DNA of 64,000 nt from an uncultured Gemmataceae bacterium (GCA_963750165.1 CAVVPN010000011.1:448001-512000); one strand, 5' to 3'; shown: positions 42,722 through 54,095, counted from the first letter of the stretch. Program-made: numbers and translations. Notes: generated by a model not told the origin, from the sequence alone.

Positions 42722-43503
42722 CCTCGCCACCGCCCGGGCCTTGTGCGCCGACAGGTAATCCAGCACCACGATGTCGCCCGGCCGCAGACGCCGGAGCAAC
42801 ACCCGGTCGAGGTAAGTCCGGAAGGCCAGCGTATCGGTGGCGCCTGGGAACTCCAGGGCGCCGACCACGCCGTCGCGGCGGATGGCCGCCAGCAGCGTCG
42901 TCGTCTCCCAGTGCCCCTCCGGCACGCTCTCCAGCAGGCGCTGCCCGCGCGGGCGCGGCCATACAGGCGCGTCAGGGCGGTGTGCGCGCCGGTCTCGTCG
43001 AGGAAGACGAACCGCGCCGGGTCAATCCCCACGGCCCCGGCGCGGAAGGTGGCCCGCTGGTGCCGCACGTCGGGGCGGTCCTGCTCGGCGGCGTGCAGGT
43101 CTCTTTTTTACAGTCAGGCCGACGCGCGCCAGGGCGCGGTGGATGGTCGTGACGTGGACGCAGGCGCCGAGCCGGTCGCGGAGTTCGGCCAAGGTGGCGT
43201 CGGGTTGCTCGACGACCAGGGCCAGCAGTTGCCGGCGCTGGCCGTCGGCCAACTTGCGCGGAGCGCCGCCGGCGTGGGGCTTGGCGGCCACCGAGCCGGT
43301 CTGGCGGCGGCGCTGGAGCAGTCTGCGGATCCAGGCGGTGCTGACGTGGAAGAGGTCGGCGATCTGCGCACGAGTGCCGCGGCCCTCGTCGCAGGCGCGG
43401 ACGCCGCGCTCGCGGAGGTCCTGGGAGTAGGGTTTCATGAGCATTCATCCTTTCCTACTCCTATTCTGGGCGCGCCGCTACAACCAAACGCAATCTCCTC
43501 TAG
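42722..43503 (-). mobile_element. IS630-family element, 3'-truncated and frameshifted
   Basis: MKPYSQDLRER HTH ORF; AAAAAAG at about 43105; FVFLDETG, DIVVLDYLSAHK; 5' end at CTAG. Confidence 0.9.
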
Positions 43504-43630
43504 TTCTACTGTGCGAGGTGGAGTGGGATGAGGCGTAGGACGGCTCTCCAGAGCCGTCTGTGTCGAAGAAGACGGCTCTGGAGAGCCGTCCTACGCCTCG
43601 CTTTCCCCGCATCCCGCACAGTAGAACTAG
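43500..43630. mobile_element. 131-bp palindromic MITE/REPIN
   Basis: Terminal ctagttctactgtgcg / cgcacagtagaactag around a GTAGGACGGCTCTCCAGAGCCGTC pair. Confidence 0.8.
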
Positions 43631-43682
43631 TTTCGCCTGCTCTTGGCTCAACGTGATGACTGGCATGTGCAGCCCTCCTTTC

Positions 43683-45142
43683 GGTTCTTCCGTTTTTAGG
43701 TGCAAGCGCCTGAGAAAATGGCCCGGAAGCCCGCCACCAGTTCCCGAATGTGGGCGATGGTCTGCCGCACCAGATCCTTGCCTCGGTTTAGGTCCAGGAT
43801 CAACCGGCTCCACAGACTGTCCGCGGACTTCAGCCCGTAGGCACGCTTGACAATCACGCGCGCCTTGTTGTTGATCCCCTCCACTGGCCCACTCGTCTGC
43901 CGGCCCTCGAAGTAGTTCAGGATCTCGTCTTGCCAGGTCTCGAAGGTCACGATGAACTTCTCCATCGCCGGGAACTCCTCCAGGATGTCCAGCCACACCC
44001 CGGTCAGCCACCGTAGCGCCTGCCGCCGGTCCGTGGCCGTGTCGAAGATCTTCTGGAAGCGCACGCGGATCTCGTACAGCCGCCGCAGCCGGGGCAACTG
44101 CTCAAACAAGGCCTCCAGCTTCGCTTGCTCTGCCTTGGTCAGGTCCTTGGGGTTGCGGCGGAACTCCCACATCAACGAGCGAAATTCCTTCCGTTGCGCC
44201 TTCGTGAGCTTCTGCTTGTGGCCCCGCGTGATTTTTTTTCCGCGCCTGGTCCACGACCTCGTTGAACTTCTTGGCGACGTGGAAGCGGTCGATGACCGCC
44301 TGGGCGTTGGGCAGCAAGCCCCGACAAGCGGCGTGGAACGCCGGCCCCATGTCGGCCCGGTAGGTATGCACCTGCAGGCGCTGCGCCGCGGACAACTTCT
44401 CCAGGCACTGCTGCGCCGCCGCCGCGTCACGGCCTGCGGTCACCGCCAGCACTTCGGGCCGGTCGGGGTTGGTCAGGTCGGTCAGGATCGTCACGTAGAG
44501 CTTGTGCCGCTTCTTCAGGCTCAACTCGTCAATGCCCACGTCCTGGATCACGCGCTGGGGGTCGATCGTCTTGGCCTGGGTGTCGGCCAACTGGTTGCGG
44601 ACGATCAGGCCGACCGTCTCCGCCGAGATGCCCAGGCGGCGGGCCACCTCCTCCTCGTTACTGCCGATCAGCGCCCGCAAGACGTGCTGCTCGAAGCGGT
44701 AGGTGTAGCTCGTGTCCCGGCGCTTGAAGGGCGGGATCAGGTGTTGTCGGTGATGGCAGTGGGGGCAGCGGTGGAAAACCGGTTGGTAGATCCAGAAGCT
44801 CGGTTGGCCCCAGAGTTCCAGGTCGCGGACGACTTGCACCGTCTCCTTGAACTCCAGGTGCGCGTCCTCCTCGCGGCGGCAGCGGTCGCAGCGACAGCGG
44901 TTGGGCAAGGGCCAGGAGACTTCAAAGCCGTGGCCGTCGCCGTGGCGCTCGTAAGCCACGATGGTGACGCCTTCCGGGAGATCCACGTCGATAGTGATGG
45001 TGGCCATGACCGTCCCTGACGAGCAAGCATCGAGAACCCCAGGGCCGGCCGACGCACGGCACCTATTCAGAAATGTAAGCCCCGCACGCCGCCCAGAAAA
45101 GGCTCAAAAATCCAGGCACTCGCACTTTACCCCGGAAGAACC
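43683..45142 (-). mobile_element. ISL3-family insertion sequence (transposase 43696..45007, frameshift at A8 near 44235)
   Basis: IR GGTTCTTCCG at both ends; 8-bp target duplication CTCCTTTC (43675-82, 45143-50); IGIDE-like VGIDE, IDRFHV, TSGPVEGINNK. Confidence 0.95.
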
Positions 45143-45322
45143 CTCCTTTCCTTCCACAGTTTCACCAATCCGTATACCCCCGCAAAGCGTCGGCCTCGTG
45201 CCGCACTATTAGTTGGCCTGATCCTTGACGATCGCGCTCCCCACGACGACAATTCTCCCATCGGATGGAGCCGGTCTCGTTACGGCTCCGCTTCTCGCCA
45301 CGTCACTTCGGAGGACGCCAGC

Positions 45323-46811
45323 ATGGCCACCGCCACCACGCAAAAGCCCAAAACCGTCAAGCCGCCCCGGGTCAAGGACCAGCCGCTGTTCATCGGCGGC
45401 AAATGGCAAGACAGCGTGTCCAACAAGACGTTTGCGACCGTCAACCCCGCCACCGGCGAGGTCATCTGCCAGGTCGCTGAGGGCGACAAGGCCGACATCG
45501 ACCTGGCCGTCAAGGCCGCCCGCAAGGCGTTCGAGGACGGCCCCTGGCCGCGCATGGCCGCCGCCGAGCGCGGCCGTCTGATGAACAAGCTCGCCGACCT
45601 CATCGAGAAGAACCAGGAAGAACTCGCCGCCCTGGAAGCGCTGGACAACGGTAAGCCCTACCGCGACGCCCTGACCGCGGACCTGCCGCTGACGATCAAG
45701 TGCTACCGCTACTATGCCGGCTGGGCGGACAAGGTCCAGGGCAAGACCATCCCCGTTGAGGGATCGTTCTTTTGCTACACGCGGCACGAGCCGGTTGGCG
45801 TCGTCGGCCAGATCATCCCGTGGAACTTCCCGCTGCTGATGCAGGCGTGGAAGTGGGGCCCGGCCCTGGCGACCGGCTGCACGGTGGTGCTCAAGCCTGC
45901 CGAGCAGACGCCGTTGACCGCCCTGCGCGTCGCGGCCCTGGCCCAGGAAGCGGGCATCCCCGATGGCGTGCTCAACGTCGTGCCCGGCTTCGGCCCGACC
46001 GCCGGTGCCGCCCTGAGCGGCCACATGGACGTGGACAAGGTGGCATTCACCGGCGAGCACACCACCGGCCAGATCATTATGCGGGCCGCGGCCGAGAGCA
46101 ACCTGAAGCGCGTCAGCCTGGAGCTGGGCGGCAAGAGCCCCAACATCGTCTTCGCCGACGCCGACCTCGACGCCGCCGTGGAGGGCGCCCACCTCGGTCT
46201 GTTCTTCAACCAGGGCCAGTGCTGCTGTGCCGGCAGCCGGCTGTTCGTGCAGGAGTCCGTGTACGATCAGTTCGTGGAGAAGATGCTCAAGAAGGCGAAG
46301 TCGCAAAAGGTCGGCGACCCATTCGACCCGGACACGACGCAGGGGCCGCAGGTGTCGCAGGAGCAGTGCGACCGCATCATGGGCTACATCGACGCCGGCA
46401 AGAAGGAAGGCGCCAAACTGTTGACCGGCGGCAACCGAATTGGCAACAAGGGCTACTTCATCGAGCCGACCGTCTTCGCAGACGTGCGGGACGAGATGAA
46501 GATCGCTCGTGAGGAGATTTTCGGGCCGGTGATGAACATCCTGAAGTTCAAGGACGTGAACGAGGTGGTGCGGCGCGGCAACCAGACCTTCTACGGCCTG
46601 GCGGCGGCGGTGTGGACGCGCGACATCGGCAAGGCGCACCAGACTGGCGAACGGGCTGCGGGCGGGCACGGTCTGGGTGAACTGCTACGACGTGTTCGAC
46701 GCGGCGGCGCCGTTCGGCGGCTTCAAGATGAGCGGCATCGGCCGCGAACTCGGCGAATACGCCCTGCAACTGTACACCGAGGTCAAGACGGTGTACGTGA
46801 ACCTGGGATGA
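45323..46811 (+). CDS. Aldehyde dehydrogenase, frameshift near 46640
   Basis: [29 protein letters not shown]. Confidence 0.95.
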
Positions 46812-46815
46812 GAAG

Positions 46816-46915
46816 GAATTAGCCACAGAGAACACAGAGGGCACAGAGAGCAGAAGAGAGGTTATTAGTCCTCTCTTCTGCTCTCTGTGCCCTCTGTGTT
46901 CTCTGTGGCTAATTC
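46816..46915. repeat. 9-nt-periodic CACAGAG hairpin, 46-bp perfect arms
   Basis: Lies between convergent stop codons. Confidence 0.92.
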
Positions 46916-47383
46916 TTAATACCGGAAGTAACGCGGCGTGTAGTAATAGCTGTAGTACGCCGGGGACGCGTAGCTGGAGTAGGCCGGGACGGGGACGGCG
47001 TAGCCGGGCGTGTAGTACGTGGTGGTGCTGCTGTAGACACGCGGCCGGAACAGGCCCGGGCGATAATAATAGGTCGAACTGGTCACCACCGGCGTGGACA
47101 CGGCCGGCTGGTAGAACGAGTAGCGCGCCGGCGGCGCCACGTAGGCCACGGTCGGCGCCGAGTAGACCACGGCCGGCGCGGAGTAGGTCACGGCCGGCGC
47201 GGAGTAGGTCACGACCGGCGCGGAGTAGGTCACGACCGGCGCGGAGTAGACCACGGCCGGCGCCGGGTAGTAGGAGACGCTCGGCACCGTGGGGGTGTAG
47301 TACGTCGTCTGCGCCGCGGCGGGCGTCCCGGCGGCGGCAACGGCGGCCAGCGTCAAACTCAGCGTCGTCAGCAAGCGCTTCAT
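46916..47383 (-). CDS. Secreted Tyr/Pro-rich protein with YSAPxVx heptad repeats
   Basis: Signal peptide; 21-nt tandem repeats at about 47150-47270. Confidence 0.8.
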   Translation of the reverse strand: MKRLLTTLSLTLAAVAAAGTPAAAQTTYYTPTVPSVSYYPAPAVVYSAPVVTYSAPVVTYSAPAVTYSAPAVVYSAPTVAYVAPPARYSFYQPAVSTPVVTSSTYYYRPGLFRPRVYSSTTTYYTPGYAVPVPAYSSYASPAYYSYYYTPRYFRY

Positions 47384-47575
47384 GGCAGACTCTCCTTGTG
47401 GTAGACGAACGACCACCCTCCCTGGCCCGTGGTGAATTCCTTTCCTCTATGCTCTGTCAATCGCACACCGCTGTCAACCTGCAACGACCCTTTCGGCGCT
47501 ACCGGCTCTGCCGACCTTGCCGATTATAGCGACTGGGGACACTGGCGCGCGTCCGCTCGCGTTGTGCCGTCGGCT

Positions 47576-48364
47576 TCACTTGCCCAGGTTCACGTCCACG
47601 CCGTTTTTGGGGATGGGCAGGTGCAGCGTCCACAGAATCCCCTGCGTCACCAGGCGGCGGTACTCTGGCAGCTGCCAGTTCTCGTGGAAGTGCAGGCCGC
47701 TGAAGCCGAACGATCGGCCGCCGTCGGGCCGCTGCCACGCCCACGCCACCGTCTCGGCCTTGCCGTCGATGGTGACGCGCAGCACCGGCGTCAGTCCCTT
47801 GGCCGACTTCGGGAATTTCAGCGTGTAATAGAACTCGTCGCGCACCGGAAAGGGCTTTAATCCCGCCGCAACTGGGTGCGTCGGCTCAGCGACGGTCGCC
47901 TCGGTATTGAGCACCTTGTACTTGCGCTCCGGGCCGCCGTGGCAGCCGCCGAACAGCGCCACAAAGGCGTCGATGGGTTTGGCCTCGCGCGTGCCCATGC
48001 CCCAGTGCAGCACCACCAGGCCGCCGCCGCGTTTCGCCAGCTTCCGAAAGGCGGCCAGCCGGTCGGGGCTGTTGCCCAGCCACTTCGCTCCCTCGGACAG
48101 GAATACCACCACCGTATCCGCCTTGTCCAGCAAAGCCGGGCCGTCGCGCCACGGTTCGTCGGCGCGCGCGGTGGTCACCTCCAGGCCTGGCGTCTTCTTC
48201 AGCAGCGCCGCGACGATCTTCAGGCCGGCGACATACTCGTGCGTCTGCGGCGGGTGCCCGTCTGGTCCCTGGCCGAGCAATAGCACGCGCTTCGCCCCGC
48301 CCGCCCACACTGGGCCGGCCAGCCACAACGCCGCCACCACCGCCGCCAGCGTGCGCCAGAACAT
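47576..48364 (-). CDS. Secreted ThuA-domain protein
   Basis: GGGLVVLH, DEFYY, VAWAW, GRSFGFSGLH. Confidence 0.8.
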   Translation of the reverse strand: MFWRTLAAVVAALWLAGPVWAGGAKRVLLLGQGPDGHPPQTHEYVAGLKIVAALLKKTPGLEVTTARADEPWRDGPALLDKADTVVVFLSEGAKWLGNSPDRLAAFRKLAKRGGGLVVLHWGMGTREAKPIDAFVALFGGCHGGPERKYKVLNTEATVAEPTHPVAAGLKPFPVRDEFYYTLKFPKSAKGLTPVLRVTIDGKAETVAWAWQRPDGGRSFGFSGLHFHENWQLPEYRRLVTQGILWTLHLPIPKNGVDVNLGK

Positions 48365-48450
48365 GAGGCTCCTCACTTCGCGACACAGGCCAGATCCAGT
48401 CCGAGCCCGAGCGCCAGCGAGGGGCTCCTGGCTGGCGCTCGGGCTACAAC

Positions 48451-50096
48451 TCACCACCACTCCAGCCACGACAGCACCACCGCCGTCAAGGCGCCCAGCA
48501 CCAGGATCAGGCTGATCCCCAGTAGCAGCCACCAGCGCCATACCGGCGGCGCATCTTCCCGGGGCTCCGCGCGTCCGCTGACTGCCGCGGCGGGCCGCCG
48601 CTTCGGCAGCCGCTGCGCCTTGGCCACCGCCAGGCGGAACTCGTCGTAGCCGCTCAACGGCCGGAACTCGCCCTGCGGCTGGTGCGCCGCCTGTGCCTCG
48701 GCGCTCAGCACCCCCTCGCCAAGGCGCTGCAGCACCTGCCGCGTCGTCGCCCGCGCCTTGCACCACTGCCCCTTGCGATCGCGGTAGCGCAGGAACCACA
48801 CGTCCGGGTTGTCCAGGGTGCGCTCGGGCCGGGTGCCGACGGCGGGCACCTGCAAATCCGGCGAGGTCGGTTGCGCCGGCGCCGTCAACCGCTGCCGCAC
48901 CAGCGGATCCTTGAGCGCCAGGTCCGTGTCCACAAAACTCGGCACCGCCGCCGACAGGTTCGCGCGCTCCAGTTCGACGATGATCTCGCTGACGGTCTGG
49001 TAACGGTTGGGCGGGTCGCGCACCATCATGCGTTCGAGGATGTCGTCGAGGATCGGCGGCACCGCCGGGTTGACGCTGCTGGCCGGGGCGAAGAAGCCGA
49101 GGTCCTTCTTCGAGACGATCTCCAGGTGGTTGTCGCCGGTGAAGGGCACCTCGCCGGTGACCAGGTGGTAGAGGGTGGCGCCCAGGGCGTAGATGTCGCT
49201 GCGGGCGTCGGCGTACTTGGCGTTCATGGCCTGTTCGTAGGGCATGTAGTACGGTGTGCCGAACCCCTGACGGGCGGCGGTCAAATGGCTGGCCTCGTCG
49301 GTACGCTTGGCCAGGCCCATGTCCGCCAGCTTGGCGATACCGGACAGCGTCATGAGGATGTTGTCCGGCTTGATGTCGCGGTGGACGATGTTGCGTGAGT
49401 GGGCGTGCTCCAGGCCGCGGGCGATGTCGAGGATGATATGCACCGCGTCGCCGACCGAAAGCCGCTGATAGCGCTGCAAGAGTTGCAACGCGCTGGGGCC
49501 ATCGACGTATTCCATGACGAGGTAGTGCTTGCCGGTGACGCGGTCCAGCCCCGCGGCGAGGTTGCGGACGATGTTGGGGTGGTTGAGCAGGGTGCCGCTG
49601 CGGGCTTCGCGGTAGAAGCACTCGATACTCGGCGCGTGCTCGGACAGGTGATCGGCCAGCACCTTGACGGCGACGGGACGGTTCTCGTCCGTCGGGTATC
49701 CGAGGTAGACGGCTCCCATGCCGCCCTCGCCGAGGCGGCGCAGCAGCCGGTACTTGGCGATGGCCCGCAGCTCGGCGCCGTCGAGGACGGCGTTGTGCTC
49801 GTCGCCGGACGGGGGCGGGTCGAGCCTTGCTGGGGGCGGGATGGGCCTGGCCGTTGGTCTGAGCGCGGGCGGGGCTGTTGGCGTCGATGTGCGTGAGGTC
49901 CAGGGCCTGGCGCAGTTCGTCCGCCTGCGCGGGGGTGAGCAAGTGCTGCCGGACCAGGCTCTCCAGCAGATCCACCGGCTTGCCCTGCGCATGGGCCTGG
50001 AAGACCAGTTTATAAACCTGTTGCACGCGCACCGCGTCCGCCCCATACCGAGACACGGCCAGCTTGGCGGCGCAGCTTCTCGGACTCACGTAGCAT
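48451..50096 (-). CDS. Ser/Thr protein kinase with C-terminal TM, N-terminal frameshifts
   Basis: LGEGGMGAVY, HRDIKPDN, DMGLA, GTPYYMPYEQ. Confidence 0.9.
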
Positions 50097-50248
50097 GAGC
50101 CAGGACCTTTCCAGGTGTCATGGGGAGTCTGGAGCCATATAAGGGTTGGACACTACCATTACTGTATCGCGGCGACGGGCCGGGAGCAATTCGGAAATTT
50201 GGGTGGTTGCCTCGGGGATGACACTCAGAGGCACCAGGTGGCGCCGCT

Positions 50249-50320
50249 TGCCACAGCAAGGGGGCCAAGGAGGCCAAGGGGGCCAACTTTTTCACACGTC
50301 GAGAATTGGCACCCTTGCCC
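50249..50320 (-). repeat. TGAAAAAG(TTGGCNNNC)3 element, copy 4
   Basis: About 72 bp shared with 36338-36410. Confidence 0.88.
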
Positions 50321-51999
50321 TTACAGAAGACTGAGCGGCGGCACCGCCTGCAACCGCACTGCGCAGGCGCACCACATCTGTCTGCCGCCAGGCGAACTGC
50401 AACCACTCCGCGAACTCCTCAGCGCTGGGCAGCGCGTCGGGCGGCAGCACCAGGGCCGCGGTGCCCCCCTCCGCCAGCGCGTGCAACGCCCCGGCGGCGC
50501 GCAACTGGCCGCGCGGCGCCACCGCGGCGTCCCACGGCGTCAGTCCGGTCACGTCATCAAGGGGCGCCGCGGCGGGCGCTGGCGGCCCGTCCAGACAGGT
50601 ATCCAGCAGGGCGACGCGGCCGTCGGCGTGCAGCACGTTGCGCAGCTGCTGCAACAGCCGGCCGGTGAACTCCAGCGCTGGCTTGCTGTCACCCAGGCCG
50701 CGGCCCGTCACGCTGCGCACCGCCGCGTCGAGGCCGACCGGCACCACCACCACGCGCCCCGCTCCAGCAGGAAGCCGCGCATCAGCGCCGCGTCGGCGCC
50801 GCGCATCTGCAGGCGGACGAAGGCCCGCTTCTGCGCCGCGGCGCTGAGCGCCAGCCGCGCCAGGCTCGCCAGCTTTTTCAGCAGCAGTTCCTCGTCGCCG
50901 CGGACGCCCGGCAGTTCCAGCAGTCGCGGCAGGTGCAGGCCGACGTGCAGCAGTGTGGCCGGGTGCTTGCGGTTCAGGCCGACGCCCAGCGGCACGGGGC
51001 GGCGCGGCCGGTCGAAGGTGAACGCCAGCGGCGCCCCATCGGCGGCCCAGCGCGCCAGCCGCAACAACCGCTGCTGGCGATCCGCGTCGGCGCACGGCGC
51101 GAAATCCGCGTCGGACAGGTGCCAGTGGACCTCGCCCAGCGCCGCCGGGTCGAGCCGCCATTCCGCCAGCAGCGCGTCGATGAATTCCATACGGCGGTCG
51201 GCGGTTTCGGTTCGCGCCAGGTCGGCGAACAGCGGGCCGGCATGGTCCTCCGCCCACGGCGGCGGCGTGGTGCAATTCAGGTTGAGCGTCAAGCGGAGGT
51301 CGTCGCCATGCAGTCCGAGCCGCAACTGCCGGGCGAACGCCGCCGCGTCCTCGACGCCCGCCAGCGCCGCCAGGTGTTCGGGGCCGTCGAGCGCGACCGC
51401 CGTGCCGGCCAGCGCCGCGCCTGTTGCAGCGCTTCGATGATGGCGGTCGCACCACAGCCGGGAGGCGGCCCGGGCACCCAGCCCGCCAGTTCCAGCGGCG
51501 CGTCGAGGCCGCCGAGCGACAGCAGGCCGTCGCGGTGCGCCGACAGCAGATCGCGACTGAAGACGGCTTGCAGCGTGTACTCGCGGAGGCAGCCGCGCGC
51601 CACCGCGGCCGGGGCGTCCAGCGTCGAGAAGTGATACGCCACGTCGCCGACCGGCGGCCGCGGCGTTTCCTCGGCGTCGGTCGGCGCGGCGCCGGCGTCC
51701 GCGTGGCGCAGCTGCTCCGCGAGGACGTGGGCCAGTTCGGGCTGCCGCAGTTCGCGGACGACCTTGACGACGAGGTCGGCGAGCCAGGCGGTGGTGGGGA
51801 TGGGTTCGTCGCACTCCTCGGCGAGGAAGTGCAGGACGCCGTCGGTCAGTTCGCGGGCCAGGAAGGCGTCGGGCTGGCCGAGCGCCTCGGTGGCGGCGAA
51901 GAGGGCGTGGCTGATGCGGTCGGCCTCGAAGGGGGCGAGGCGGCCGTCGCGCTGGCGGACCCAGGAAGGCAGGCCGGGGCGGGGGCGGGATGCTTCCAT
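50321..51999 (-). CDS. ATP-cone protein with degenerate NrdD-like body, several frameshifts
   Basis: VRQRDGRLAPFEADRISHALFAA ATP cone; VFSRDLLSAHRDGLL; VGLHLPRL. Confidence 0.55.
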
Positions 52000-52028
52000 G
52001 CGACTTTCTCCTGCGTCCAAACAATTTG

Positions 52029-52817
52029 CTATAATTCGACAAACCCGGCCTGAGCAAAGCAGCGCTCAACTGCTTCTGCCGCAACGGTAACGAAATCTGC
52101 CATCCGGGAATCGACTGGATGGTAACGAAGGTCGATCAGGTCGATTCGCAAATAGGAAACACCTTTTTTCAAAGTGGACATCCGGGCGAGGCACTGGGTT
52201 ATTCCTTCGATTTCAGCGTTCAGGCAAACAAGCGGAGCGTCGTTCGACTTGTCCAGGCGATTTCGGAAAACAACGGATCGATTTTCGAGCATCGGTTCCA
52301 TGCTGAGCTTAACCACAGCGAAATGTCCCGGGCATCCTGTTTGGCGAATGAATCGAATCTCTGCTTGATGCGGACGATTTACCGTCAAGCAAACCTGCCA
52401 CTGCTCGGCGTGCGACAGTTTGATTTCCGTTTCGGCGAGCCAACTGTGGGGGAAGGCGAATGGCGAAAACAGGGCCTCTCGGATTTGAGGGTCAATGCCT
52501 TGAAAAACCTCAAGGGCGACTGGATCATTCTGCGGGAACCGATGAATAAACGATGCCCAAATGGCGCTTTGAACGAAAATGTCGCACTGCTCGTCCAGTT
52601 CGAGCAGTCGTTTCGTAAATCGAAAACACTTCACCACCGTGGGAACGTCGCGAGCATTGATCGCCTGGCTGGTATAGTCAAAAACCACGCGCATCAACCG
52701 ATGGGGATCGATAACCGCGCTTTCTCCGAACGAATCCTGTAAAAACGGGAACTCTGCGACGAGAAGCGATCGAAGCTCCTCGGCATGGATACTCGGATTC
52801 CGATGATGGATGGTCAT
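52029..52817 (-). CDS. Lower-GC hypothetical protein with EF-G domain IV-like C-terminus
   Basis: FIRQTGCPGHFAVVKLSMEP...YHPVDSRMADF. Confidence 0.65.
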   Translation of the reverse strand: MTIHHRNPSIHAEELRSLLVAEFPFLQDSFGESAVIDPHRLMRVVFDYTSQAINARDVPTVVKCFRFTKRLLELDEQCDIFVQSAIWASFIHRFPQNDPVALEVFQGIDPQIREALFSPFAFPHSWLAETEIKLSHAEQWQVCLTVNRPHQAEIRFIRQTGCPGHFAVVKLSMEPMLENRSVVFRNRLDKSNDAPLVCLNAEIEGITQCLARMSTLKKGVSYLRIDLIDLRYHPVDSRMADFVTVAAEAVERCFAQAGFVEL

Positions 52818-52882
52818 CTTGCCGTAGTTGTTAAATCGCCACAGAATCGGGTGTCACCACCCTGTCGAGCGGCGTCAGGTAC

Positions 52883-53154
52883 TCATACTGTTCCGCTTCG
52901 CGCATCTCGCTCGTACCGGATACGCTCATCCAGCCAACGCTTTATCAAAACTTGATGACTGATGCCGGCTCGGTCGGCAAACTCCTTAAGGATTGCCATC
53001 ATATGACAGGGGAGTTGGATAATGAGTGTGGTCGATTCCTTGCGCGCGGAACCGCATCCGGCGTATCCTTCCAGCCAGCAGGCGTCACTTGCCGGCTGTC
53101 CCAGCCCTTCGCCTCCTCAGCCAATTCTTCGTCAGTCGCTCGTTTTTCGATCAT
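52883..53154 (-). CDS. CopG/BrnA-like ribbon-helix-helix antitoxin, frameshift near 53040
   Basis: MIEKRATDEELAEEAKGWD + STTLIIQLP..LKEFADRAGISHQVLIKRWLDERI. Confidence 0.55.
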
Positions 53155-53162
53155 TTTACACC

Positions 53163-54062
53163 TTATTCAGATTCCGCCGCCCAGTCACGCGGCTTCAGGT
53201 ACTCGTACAGCTCCGCCTCGCGCGACCCCGGCTCCGGCCGGTAATCGTACAGGAAGCGCACCACCGGTGGCAGCGACATCAAAATCGACTCCGTCCGCCC
53301 GCCCGTCTTCAGGCCGAACAGCGTGCCGCGGTCGTAGATCAGGTTGAACTCCACGTAACGACCGCGGCGGAACTCCTGCCACGCCCGCTCGCGCTCGCCG
53401 TAGGACAGATCCTTGCGCCGCCGCGCGATCGGCAGGTACGACTCCAGAAAATGGTCGCCGCAGTCGCGCACGAACGCAAACAGCGCCTCCAGGTCGCCCT
53501 GCAGATAGTCGAAGAAGATGCCGCCGACGCCGCGCGGTTCGCCTCGGTGCTGCAGGAAGAAATACTCGTCGCACCACTGCTTCAACTTCGGATAATCGAC
53601 CACCGCCGTGTGCCGCTGACATACGTCGCGCCAGACACGATGGAAGTGGATCACGTCCTCGCGGAAGGGGTAGTACGGCGTCAGGTCGGCGCCGCCGCCG
53701 AACCAGCGGCGGTCGCCCTTTGTCAGAAAGCGCCAGTTGGCGTGGACGGTCGGCACCAGCGGGTTGCGCGGATGCAGCACCAGCGAGACGCCCGCGGCGG
53801 TGAAGTCGCGGCCCTCGCCCGGGACCTGCTTCGCGAACTCCTCGGACATGGTGCCGAAGACCTCGGAGAAGTTGACGCCCGCCTTCTCGAAGACGCCGCC
53901 GTCGGTCAGCACGCGCGACCGGCCGCCGCCGCCGCCCGGCCGCTGCCAGGCGTCCTCGCGGAAACGACCGCGGCCGTCCAGTTCCTCCAGGCCGGCGCAG
54001 ATGCGGTCCTGCAGGTCGCGGAGGTACTGGGCGGCGCGGGAGTTCAGGTCGTCGGTCGGCAT
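53163..54062 (-). CDS. hemF: Oxygen-dependent coproporphyrinogen III oxidase
   Basis: [42 protein letters not shown]. Confidence 0.97.
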   Translation of the reverse strand: MPTDDLNSRAAQYLRDLQDRICAGLEELDGRGRFREDAWQRPGGGGGRSRVLTDGGVFEKAGVNFSEVFGTMSEEFAKQVPGEGRDFTAAGVSLVLHPRNPLVPTVHANWRFLTKGDRRWFGGGADLTPYYPFREDVIHFHRVWRDVCQRHTAVVDYPKLKQWCDEYFFLQHRGEPRGVGGIFFDYLQGDLEALFAFVRDCGDHFLESYLPIARRRKDLSYGERERAWQEFRRGRYVEFNLIYDRGTLFGLKTGGRTESILMSLPPVVRFLYDYRPEPGSREAELYEYLKPRDWAAESE

Positions 54063-54095
54063 TGTCAGCTACCATGCGGAAACGGCAATCATTAT

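Larger units (their letters stand above)
42615..43666 (-). pseudogene. Small antitoxin-like gene split by MITE and IS630
   Basis: 5' part MPVITLSQEQAKL (ATG 43666, RBS AAGGAG); 3' part QTHMRTLTEAADRG...EAGM*. Confidence 0.45.

Noticed and set aside
47576..50089. 837-aa kinase-ThuA fusion ORF
   Set aside because: Artefact of frameshifts and read-through across a REP; these are two separate genes
52830..52950. Group II intron 3' end
   Set aside because: No domain V consensus; better explained as the 3' end of the RHH gene
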